Virus record (IMG/VR): IMGVR_UViG_3300002026_000174
Coordinates: 1 to 54,214 of that record
Length of the DNA: 54,214 nt
Strand: one strand, 5' to 3'
Origin: a virus
Taxonomy: Duplodnaviria; Caudoviricetes
The first letter of the stretch is position 1. Each line of letters starts with the position of its first letter. Position numbers and translations under genes: made by a program. The notes below the pieces were generated by a model that was given only the letters and a program-made list of their open reading frames with translations, made no database searches and was not told where the DNA came from. Below are positions 46,539-54,214 of the stretch, in pieces.

Positions 46539-46712
46539 TTAGATGAAATGCGTGAGCTGCAAGACTTGCTCAACAAAGAGGTACCAAGCCCAAAATGGAA
46601 CTATGCAAAAGATAGTAGACCAAAACCCTTGTGCAATCACGACCCCGCCGATCCACGCGAAGATAAGTAGCAACGAGGTCAGGTTAGCGACCAGTGACGT
46701 GAGTGCATTCAT
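46539..46712 (-). CDS. 57-aa membrane protein (not in ORF track)
   Basis: ATGA overlap with the ligase stop; MNALTSLVANLTSLLLIFAWIGGVVIAQGFWSTIFCIVPFWAWYLFVEQVLQLTHFI*. Confidence 0.7.
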   Translation of the reverse strand: MNALTSLVANLTSLLLIFAWIGGVVIAQGFWSTIFCIVPFWAWYLFVEQVLQLTHFI

Positions 46713-48739
46713 TTAAGCATCCCCAGTAAAGTGACTTCGTCGATGATGGGAACATTGAGGAGTTGGGCTTGCCTGAGCTTAGAACCCGCTCCAGGCCCCG
46801 CGATGAGCATCTGGGTCTGTTTACCCACACCAGACTGAACAGTCGCTCCTAGGCCCTCTAAACGCGTTTTAAGAGCATCCCTGCTCATCGAGTAGAGTGT
46901 ACCTGAGATCACCACGTTCTTACCCGTGAACGGACTGTCTGTTTTGACCTCAGTGACTTCCCAGTGCACCCCTAGGCGTTTGAACTCATTGAGCATCTCA
47001 CGGTTAGAGGGGTCTTGGAAGAACGTGTACACACTTTTCCCAACAGTAGGTCCAATGTCTCTGACTGCCTGGATCTCTTCTAACGTAGCCGCTTGAATCG
47101 CCTCTAACGTTTTGAAGGCATCGACCAAGCGCTTAGCTGTGCCCTGACCCGCGTACCGGATACCTAGAGCAAACAAAAACTTCTGTAGAGTCGTCTGTTT
47201 AGATTGCTCAATGGCGTCTAAGACCTTAGTCGCACTCTTAGTCCCCATACCGTCGATGCAGCTCAAAATCCTCAAAGACGTCTCACGATGCTCAACGAGT
47301 TTGTAGAAGTCCACCGGGGAGCGAATCAGTCCTTTAACCAGTAGCTGATCCACCAAAGATTCACCCACCCCCTTGATGTCTAAAGCTGAACGCTGAATGA
47401 AGTGCAACACTGCACCTTTGAGTTGGGCAAAACACTTCAAACCGCCGGTACACCGAGAATCAGCTTCCTCTTCTTCCCTGATAACGGGAGAGCCGCACAC
47501 GGGACAGTGAGTGGGCATCGTGAATTCTGCGCTACGCTCTACCCCTGGTGCAACCAGAGAACCAGTGATCTCCGGGATCACATCACCGGCTCTGCGTACC
47601 ACGACCACATCACCCACCCGCACATCTTTGCGCCGTGTCTCATCTTCGTTATGTAGGGTAACGTTGGTGACCGTTGCGCCACCCACAAAGACAGGCTCTA
47701 GACGAGCTACAGGGGTAAGTTTACCGGTACGACCCACCTGGATATCGATGGCTAAGAGTTTGGTTTGCTTCTCTTGCGCTGGGTACTTGTGGGCAACAGC
47801 CCATTTGGGCTCACGGCTGATGTAGCCCAGTTTCTCTTGCAGTGCGAGATCGTTGACCTTGTAGACTACCCCGTCAAGCTCCACGTCCAAAGACTCGCGT
47901 AAAACAGCGATCTTATTGTGAAAGTAGCTCAGGCCTTCTACACCTTTGAAGAGCTCAGTGTGCTCACACACCGGGAACCCCAAAGAGCGCAAGTACATCA
48001 GTTGCTCGTAATGAGTGATGTGTTTGACCCCTGAGACCTCAACTAACGTGTACGCAAAAAAACCCAGGTGCCGAGAAAATGTCACACCCGGGTCTAAGAC
48101 ACGCAATGAGCCAGCCGCGGCATTTCTGGGGTTGATGTAGAGCTTCTCACCCAAAGCCGCTTGCTCACGGTTGAGGTTAAAGAAAGCTTCCTTACCCATG
48201 TAGACTTCACCGCGCACATTGAGGTAAGCGGGTGTGCTCTCATCACCGAAGATCTGTTTAGGCACTGTGCGGATCATGCGCACATTAGCAGTAACGTCTT
48301 CGCCATATTCACCGTCACCGCGGGTGATCGCTTTGACCAGATGGCCATCCACGTACTCTAAGTCAATGCCCAGACCATCGAACTTGAGCTCAGCGCAGTA
48401 CTCAATCGTCTCTTCGGTGTTGAGAAGTTCATGTACACGTGTATCAAATTGGTGAGCACCTGCTGATGTATAGTCTGTCTCGGTTTTCAGACTGAGCATG
48501 GGGTGCTTATGTGCAGCTACCTCAAAGGTGCGCTGGACTTTCAGTGTCGCACCCGCTCTCTGTGTAGGAGAGTCCTCGGCGATGAGCTCGGGGTACTTCT
48601 CTTCTAGCTCTTGGAGCTTGATGTATTTCTGGTCATATTCGTAGTCGGTCATGAGGGGTCGACCAGCGTAGTAGTAAGCCTCGTTGGCTTTTCTGAGCTC
48701 TTGCACAAGAGCGTCGTATTGGTGTTCGATGGTGTTCAT
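46709..48739 (-). CDS. ligA: NAD-dependent DNA ligase
   Basis: YYY...D.EYD, PMLSL, KFDG adenylation motif, RGDG..GED, DGVVYK, VGRTG, C4 zinc finger, HhH repeats, BRCT; AGGAG RBS at ATG 48739. Confidence 0.95.
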   Translation of the reverse strand: MNTIEHQYDALVQELRKANEAYYYAGRPLMTDYEYDQKYIKLQELEEKYPELIAEDSPTQRAGATLKVQRTFEVAAHKHPMLSLKTETDYTSAGAHQFDTRVHELLNTEETIEYCAELKFDGLGIDLEYVDGHLVKAITRGDGEYGEDVTANVRMIRTVPKQIFGDESTPAYLNVRGEVYMGKEAFFNLNREQAALGEKLYINPRNAAAGSLRVLDPGVTFSRHLGFFAYTLVEVSGVKHITHYEQLMYLRSLGFPVCEHTELFKGVEGLSYFHNKIAVLRESLDVELDGVVYKVNDLALQEKLGYISREPKWAVAHKYPAQEKQTKLLAIDIQVGRTGKLTPVARLEPVFVGGATVTNVTLHNEDETRRKDVRVGDVVVVRRAGDVIPEITGSLVAPGVERSAEFTMPTHCPVCGSPVIREEEEADSRCTGGLKCFAQLKGAVLHFIQRSALDIKGVGESLVDQLLVKGLIRSPVDFYKLVEHRETSLRILSCIDGMGTKSATKVLDAIEQSKQTTLQKFLFALGIRYAGQGTAKRLVDAFKTLEAIQAATLEEIQAVRDIGPTVGKSVYTFFQDPSNREMLNEFKRLGVHWEVTEVKTDSPFTGKNVVISGTLYSMSRDALKTRLEGLGATVQSGVGKQTQMLIAGPGAGSKLRQAQLLNVPIIDEVTLLGMLK

Positions 48740-48836
48740 AGGGTGCTCCTTTAGGTGGCTCACGGCATTGCCAGCACTATTAAAATCTACAGGGATTGGG
48801 CATGGTGTGACCATAAACACCCCTAGAGAGATCATC

Positions 48837-49331
48837 ATGGCTACAAACCGTTTTACCTTAGCTGAACCCATTACACCTGTTGAAGCTGCACCCACTGCGT
48901 CCGGTCGTGCACTCGAAGAGTTCTTGATCTTACTCGAAGCTAACCTGACCAAGACACCGACGCTTTTGAAGTTTGTGCAAGAAGGACGCTTCATCCCCTC
49001 TACGGTGTTCACGACCTCGGTGATCAGTCTGTGCACCGATGCGCTAGACGGCTCGGTGGATCTGACCTCGGACTGTTTGATTCTCTCTGACCTGATTCGC
49101 CTGTACTCCTTTAACTTCTTCGGAGATACCACCAAGGTCTACCAAATCTTCAAGTCTATTCTGAACGCTAACCGCACGGCTGGTGGTAATCGCCAACCTC
49201 TGTACAAAAGCGCTGTCGATGACTTCTACTTCCAAGATGCCGAGCAGCTCAACACCTTCTTGAACGACAATGAACTCTTACTGGTGATCTACATCGTGAG
49301 TCTGGTCACTTTGATTGTCTCTGAGGACTAA
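48837..49331 (+). CDS. Hypothetical protein (164 aa)
   Basis: ATG 48837, divergent from ligA, genome-typical codon bias. Confidence 0.65.
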   Translation: MATNRFTLAEPITPVEAAPTASGRALEEFLILLEANLTKTPTLLKFVQEGRFIPSTVFTTSVISLCTDALDGSVDLTSDCLILSDLIRLYSFNFFGDTTKVYQIFKSILNANRTAGGNRQPLYKSAVDDFYFQDAEQLNTFLNDNELLLVIYIVSLVTLIVSED

Positions 49332-49339
49332 CTGCATCT

Positions 49340-49376
49340 GTGCACTGTATCTGGATTGATACCAGATACAGTGCAC
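49340..49376. terminator. Intergenic hairpin
   Basis: 15-bp perfect stem GTGCACTGTATCTGG/CCAGATACAGTGCAC. Confidence 0.6.
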
Positions 49377-49414
49377 TGGGTCATTTTTTGATCACACCCC
49401 AGGAGTACTACACC

Positions 49415-50239
49415 GTGAACGCTTTACTATACTGCATCAGCGAGGTCAAGCAGCAGATCCCTTTTGAGGTCCTGCAGCCTGCGTTTTATATCGACGAGTT
49501 ACCTAACTTAGTGAACCTCACCAGTCTGGATGAGAAGATGATGCGCAAATGCATCAAAGCCCGTGTCTTGGTCGATGCCAACATCGTGCGCGGTATCGAG
49601 ACCATCGTGCCACTGAACAACATCGCCCCTAGCTACGCCGATGACTACTACACCGTCTACCAGATTCCCCCTGAAGCGGTCATGAACAAAGAGATCATGT
49701 CGGCGCTGAGTCTCACCTATCTACCCAGCCAATTCTTCACGGGCGGTAGCGTGAACATGACAGGTAACGGCACAGGGATGGTGCAGTCCTTTAACGCAAC
49801 GATGAATGTAGCCAATCGGATTGGCTCTTCTGCAAGCGATACTTCCGTGCTCAGCAACGCACATCTGGAACTGGTTGGCTACAACGCAATTTGTGTGTAT
49901 GCCAGCTACCGACAGCTCGCCTCTTACGGGGTTCGGGTGGTGGTGGAGAACGACAACAACTTCCAGAACATCAGCCCTCGCTCCTACAAAGCTCTGTCCT
50001 ACTTGTGTGTCTTAGCCGTCAAAGCCTACATCTACAACAAACTGATCGTGAAGATCAACATGGGGTATTTGCAGGGTGGCCAAGAGCTGGGTCAGTTCAA
50101 AACCATCTTAGACAGCTACGAGAGCGCTGAAGAAGAATACCGCACCTATCTCACCGAGAAATGGCGATCAATAGCCTACATGAATGATACAACCTCTTAT
50201 AATCGTTTCATCAGGTCGATGCTCTCCCCTGGGTTATAA
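49415..50239 (+). CDS. Probable virion structural protein (phiKZ-like)
   Basis: AGGAG RBS before GTG 49415; AVKAYIYN, GGQELG motifs; 274 aa. Confidence 0.7.
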   Translation: MNALLYCISEVKQQIPFEVLQPAFYIDELPNLVNLTSLDEKMMRKCIKARVLVDANIVRGIETIVPLNNIAPSYADDYYTVYQIPPEAVMNKEIMSALSLTYLPSQFFTGGSVNMTGNGTGMVQSFNATMNVANRIGSSASDTSVLSNAHLELVGYNAICVYASYRQLASYGVRVVVENDNNFQNISPRSYKALSYLCVLAVKAYIYNKLIVKINMGYLQGGQELGQFKTILDSYESAEEEYRTYLTEKWRSIAYMNDTTSYNRFIRSMLSPGL

Positions 50240-50367
50240 CCATCAAATCACAAGCACACCTACCTCACCCGCAATGGTAGAGGTAGGTGTGCCTGCATCT
50301 AAGTAAAAAAATACATATCGACGCATATAGTGACGCCAGCCCAACCCCTATTTCAAAGGTCATCACC

Positions 50368-50901
50368 ATGCAACTCAAATCCGACAAACGCCCACCCTCA
50401 GAACTGCGGGCTATCTCTCGCGAAGTCAACAAGATGGTTGACCAAGCTTTCACCGTAGCTCCCGAGGATTCCGAGACCCTCGAGAAGATTTTGGTCACTT
50501 GGGACGACTTGGTTTCATTGAAAAATGAGCTGGCCTCCCAAGTTCTGAACCTGGTGCACAACGTCACCTCTATCTCCTCGAACCCTCAGATCACGAGCAA
50601 CCTCGCTCACCCTGAGAACTTCTCCAAGCTCGTGCAAGTCTTCTTCCAAGACGTCAACGAGTACAGCAGCAAAGTCAAGGTTTTGCGTGACAAACACGAG
50701 CACCATACCGGCAAGATCCTCTCCATCGCTGAGTTTGAAGAATACAACAAGCTGGCTGTAGAGTACTACGGTTTGTCTGAAGAACTCATCCATGTGCTTG
50801 CCCCCACCGTGACTGAGTTGGTCTTGATGTCCAACGCTGACGTCACTGCCAAGATCCAAGAACTCCAACAACTGGAAGCCGTCAATGTCCAACCCATCTG
50901 A
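50368..50901 (+). CDS. Hypothetical helical protein
   Basis: AAGG RBS before ATG 50368; overlaps the next gene. Confidence 0.7.
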   Translation: MQLKSDKRPPSELRAISREVNKMVDQAFTVAPEDSETLEKILVTWDDLVSLKNELASQVLNLVHNVTSISSNPQITSNLAHPENFSKLVQVFFQDVNEYSSKVKVLRDKHEHHTGKILSIAEFEEYNKLAVEYYGLSEELIHVLAPTVTELVLMSNADVTAKIQELQQLEAVNVQPI

Positions 50902-52375
50902 TACCCCCCAGGATACCCCTGTAGAACCCGTAGAAGCCCCTGCAAGCCCCGCAATCGTTCAAGACGACCCAGTGGTGCCTACTGCTCGTTACGCGCACCA
51001 GACGAGCGATTACAGCGCTCCTGGCACGTCTGAGAAAATAAACTACGCCTTCAGCCTTCCCTCCATCGTGTTTCCAGAGTTCACGAAGAAGATGGCAGAC
51101 TTCAACAACCTGAACGAAGACAAGGTGTCTCTGAAAGCTTGGAAAGATGTCGTGCAAGACTCGGTGGACCATTACACGTCTGCCGACATGTACACTGAGC
51201 GTCTGGCGGACCCCGCTGCTCGTTTTGAGCAAGGTTTTGTAGATAGCTCTAAGGCACTCTCGACCATCTCTGACTTTAAGTTGAAGAACGTCGACGGTGA
51301 GATCAAGGGTGAGTTTGCGCTGTTGAAGGTCGCTAAGTTTCTTGGCTTGGGTGACATCGTGCGTATCCCGCTGCCACATTCGGGGATGTGGATCACGGTC
51401 AAGCCTCCCACTGAGAAAGACCTGATCGACTTCTACAACAACCTCTATAAAGAAAAAGTCATCTTAGGTCGCTCTACCAGTGGCCTGACTTTGTCAAACT
51501 TCTCGGTCTACATCAACAACGCGTTGATTGACTTCATCTTGGACCACGTGCACTCCATCAGCTACTCCGACATCAAGATTTCGGATCTGAAGAAGTACAT
51601 CTCCATCCATGATCTGCCTATTCTCACCTGGGGGTTTGCCGCGAGTCTGTACCCCAATGGCTTTGACTATAAACGCGCGTGTGTCGCTGATGTGGAAAAG
51701 TGTTCGCACATTGTCTCCGGTAAGATCAACGTGGCCAAGCTCTTGTGGATCGACAATGCGGCACTGACTGATGCGCAAAAGCTCATCCTCTCAGAGTTTC
51801 GTCCTAACCGTCTCACAATGGACAGCTACACGAAATACAAGACCGAGCATACCCGCTGTGTCAGTGGCTCCTTTAAGACGGATTCGGGTCTGAAGTTCAC
51901 TTTGACGGTGCCTAGCATCGATGAGTACGTGAGCACGGGTCTGGCTTGGGTGAACGCGATCAACAATCAAGTGGAATCCGTTGCACTGGACAACAAGGAT
52001 CCTAAGTACAAACAGTCCATTTTAGAGCAGTACATCAAGACCACGCTCTTGAAACAGTACTGCCACTTTGTCACTGAGATCGAGATCGATGAGAACACCG
52101 TCACCGACCGTGAGACCATCAACAGCGTCTTAGAGATGCTCTCCTCCGATGACGCGACACGCACCCAGGTGTTGACCGAGATCAATAAGTACATCAGCCA
52201 GACCACGGTGGCCGTAATCGGGATCCCTGAGTACGAATGCCCAAGCTGTAAGACCAACCAAAACACCTCACCTGTGAACGATAAGCTGGTGAACGTGATT
52301 GCCCTGGACAGCATGAACCTTTTTTTTTCCCTAATTACTCTGCGAATAACCAAGATCCTCGAGCGCGAGATGTAG
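50885..52375 (+). CDS. Probable baseplate-hub/tail assembly protein with CxxC finger
   Basis: 496 aa; YPNG...C...C and C-terminal YECPSC; ends NLFF on a T9 run. Confidence 0.65.
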   Translation: MSNPSDTPQDTPVEPVEAPASPAIVQDDPVVPTARYAHQTSDYSAPGTSEKINYAFSLPSIVFPEFTKKMADFNNLNEDKVSLKAWKDVVQDSVDHYTSADMYTERLADPAARFEQGFVDSSKALSTISDFKLKNVDGEIKGEFALLKVAKFLGLGDIVRIPLPHSGMWITVKPPTEKDLIDFYNNLYKEKVILGRSTSGLTLSNFSVYINNALIDFILDHVHSISYSDIKISDLKKYISIHDLPILTWGFAASLYPNGFDYKRACVADVEKCSHIVSGKINVAKLLWIDNAALTDAQKLILSEFRPNRLTMDSYTKYKTEHTRCVSGSFKTDSGLKFTLTVPSIDEYVSTGLAWVNAINNQVESVALDNKDPKYKQSILEQYIKTTLLKQYCHFVTEIEIDENTVTDRETINSVLEMLSSDDATRTQVLTEINKYISQTTVAVIGIPEYECPSCKTNQNTSPVNDKLVNVIALDSMNLFFSLITLRITKILEREM

Positions 52376-52794
52376 GCTATATTGCAGGGGCAGGCTTTGG
52401 ATTAGAGAAAGACTTTGAGACTTTTCTGAAGGACTCTCTCTTCTCCATTCGTAATGTGCCTAACTACATCTACGGCAAGCAGCTCATCATCGAGCTCTAC
52501 GAGACGTTTTTTGGCATCCATAACCACGCCGGCGAGACCAACCCTTTTGCCAGCGTAGCCTATAACCCATCTGAGGAATACCTCAAGGACGGGCTCTATG
52601 AGAATTACGTCTCTATCTATGTGCATAAAGAGATCTACAAGAAGCTAGGGCTGTCGTTTACAGAGTTCATCGACCAGCCTCGCTACAAGATCAATTCCAT
52701 GCTCGCCGTCATCGACGAGTACGATAAGAAGCGCATGAAGACCAACCAAGACTTACTCTCTGATCTGGAAAGTAAGAACACCCCAGGAGCTTAA
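52327..52794 (+). CDS. -1 frame ORF, probably a frameshift extension of 50885-52375 (listed ORF 52456-52794)
   Basis: Frame has no stop from 52285 to 52791; no clear RBS before GTG 52456; LGLSFTEFIDQP segment resembles tail-chaperone extension domains. Confidence 0.65.
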   Translation, partial: FPNYSANNQDPRARDVGYIAGAGFGLEKDFETFLKDSLFSIRNVPNYIYGKQLIIELYETFFGIHNHAGETNPFASVAYNPSEEYLKDGLYENYVSIYVHKEIYKKLGLSFTEFIDQPRYKINSMLAVIDEYDKKRMKTNQDLLSDLESKNTPGA

Positions 52795-52797
52795 AAC

Positions 52798-53229
52798 ATG
52801 GTAACGACAGTGCCTTCCCTGTCCGAGGATGGATGGGTCACGGACTCGGGTAAGATGCTGGACTATCTGTTTAGCTACTACCTCTTAACCGACGTGCAGC
52901 AAAGCCATCTCTTTGCCGCCGAGTTGGTCTCTTTGCCCAAGACCTACTTTGAACATATCAACAACCCGGACGCTTTAGCAGGCGCCATCCGCGCAGACTT
53001 CAGTAAGTTACTGGAGCGTTACTTTGCTAGCAGTGAAGTCAATTGTTACAGTAAAAAAGATGCCGTGAGTGAGAGTCTGTACTACGTCTTTTTGTCTGCG
53101 ACTGTCACCGATGCAGATGGCGCTTTGCACGAGCTCAACAAGATCGCTCAGCTCAAAGATGGACGCTCTAGCCAAGTGATCCAGTACTCTAACTATGGCG
53201 ATGCCTATAACGATTTTGGTGGCCTGTAG
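52798..53229 (+). CDS. Hypothetical protein
   Basis: 143-aa ORF with AGGAG RBS in an operon. Confidence 0.75.
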   Translation: MVTTVPSLSEDGWVTDSGKMLDYLFSYYLLTDVQQSHLFAAELVSLPKTYFEHINNPDALAGAIRADFSKLLERYFASSEVNCYSKKDAVSESLYYVFLSATVTDADGALHELNKIAQLKDGRSSQVIQYSNYGDAYNDFGGL

Positions 53230-53249
53230 GGCTACTTGAGGAGACGACC

Positions 53250-53798
53250 ATGTCTATTGAAACCATGACCGACAAATACTTGAGCAGCATCCGCGAGGAC
53301 TTAAACCACAGCGGTGCCAATATCTTCAAGTCTTTGGTCGAAGACAAAGAGCTCTACGTGAACGCCATCCCAGAGTCTCTCTTTGTGAACTACTTTCTGC
53401 CGTTCTTTCTGGGTCGGGGTAACAACCCGAACTGGTTGATGGAGTGGATCAGCATCGCGGGCACTCCAGCAAGCGAAGTGCGGGTGTACCATGACAGCAC
53501 ACGGGAGACGCTCTTCTACGTCCCGCCGACTCTGAACTTGAACAACTTCATCTTACCCAACAGCGAGAACAACCTGGCCAACATCTTTGCTCGGTACAAC
53601 ATGTACAACCGTAACCTGCCCCAAGAAGGCACCCGGTTCTTGTTGAACGAGTTAGAAGAGAAGCAGCGCCAGTTGGTCGATCCAATGGAGCACCAGTACC
53701 TGGGCAACTGGATTGGGATCTTAAAGCGCTACAACATCGATATGGCGCCAGCTGCTGCAGCCCCACAGACGTCATCAAACGACTACCTGGACTACTGA
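53250..53798 (+). CDS. Hypothetical protein
   Basis: 182-aa ORF with GAGGAG RBS. Confidence 0.75.
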   Translation: MSIETMTDKYLSSIREDLNHSGANIFKSLVEDKELYVNAIPESLFVNYFLPFFLGRGNNPNWLMEWISIAGTPASEVRVYHDSTRETLFYVPPTLNLNNFILPNSENNLANIFARYNMYNRNLPQEGTRFLLNELEEKQRQLVDPMEHQYLGNWIGILKRYNIDMAPAAAAPQTSSNDYLDY

Positions 53799-53870
53799 AC
53801 ACGACACCTAGGGCCTAACTACCCCTAGGTGTCAATCGTCGCTCTCAGAGCGTTTTAGAGGCTTTTGACT

Positions 53871-54214
53871 ATGATCCAGTATGGAATCCTAAGTGATATT
53901 CACCTCGGCCATAAGAACACCCCCACGACGCACATCGTCAAGAATTTGATCCGCTTCCTCTGCACCGAGGAGAACAAGGCTTTGGATGTCATCTTCATTG
54001 CCGGGGATATCTTTGATCGACTTCTTGATCTTAACACCGACAACACCCACTCTTGTCTACACTTCTTTAACACCTTGATTCGGTACTGCTATAACAACGA
54101 GATCAAGCTGCGTGTCTTAGAGGGCACCCCGAGTCACGATTGGCAGCAGAGCAAGACCTTGGTGAAAGTCAATGAGCTCAAGCACAACAAGTGTGACTTG
54201 AAGTACTTCACGAC
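53871..54214 (+). CDS. sbcD: SbcD/Mre11-like metallophosphoesterase (partial, runs off the window)
   Basis: MIQYGILSDIHLGH, IAGDIFD, LEGTPSHD motifs; GAGG RBS. Confidence 0.8.
   Translation, partial: MIQYGILSDIHLGHKNTPTTHIVKNLIRFLCTEENKALDVIFIAGDIFDRLLDLNTDNTHSCLHFFNTLIRYCYNNEIKLRVLEGTPSHDWQQSKTLVKVNELKHNKCDLKYFT

Noticed and set aside
48740-49135. 132-aa N-terminal extension of the DNA ligase
   Set aside because: Overlaps a divergent gene; ligase homology and a good AGGAG RBS begin at 48739
1-54214. tRNA, rRNA or intein sequences
   Set aside because: No cloverleaf or rRNA-like segments noticed by eye, and polymerase, terminase, ligase and recombinase have normal lengths without intein motifs; a tRNAscan-SE run would be needed to be sure

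Overview
The window is part of a phiKZ-like jumbo phage genome (Chimalliviridae-type, inferred from gene content; no chimallin or PhuZ gene is visible here). It carries SbcC- and SbcD-like genes, a divergent family-B DNA polymerase, a virion-type RNA polymerase beta subunit, tail sheath and tube, prohead protease, large terminase, a UvsX/RecA-like recombinase, an NAD-dependent ligase, a transglycosylase and four related fibre proteins. The most notable content is a set of nuclease-bearing selfish elements, several with boundaries readable at base level. (1) A 2.15-kb group I intron splits the RNAP beta gene at HDD|PKRVNF and carries two unrelated endonuclease genes, each looped out by a long-range stem. 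(2) A free-standing endonuclease sits in the 5' end of the tail-tube gene, which now has a second, recoded start. (3) Two IsrB (OMEGA) RNA-guided nickase loci have covarying omega-RNAs, and one has a reconstructable empty site and guide. There is also a probable unannotated -1 ribosomal frameshift (T9 run) joining two tail/baseplate-assembly-like ORFs, and two frame-breaking lesions that may be assembly errors. All calls come from reading motifs by eye; no database searches were run.
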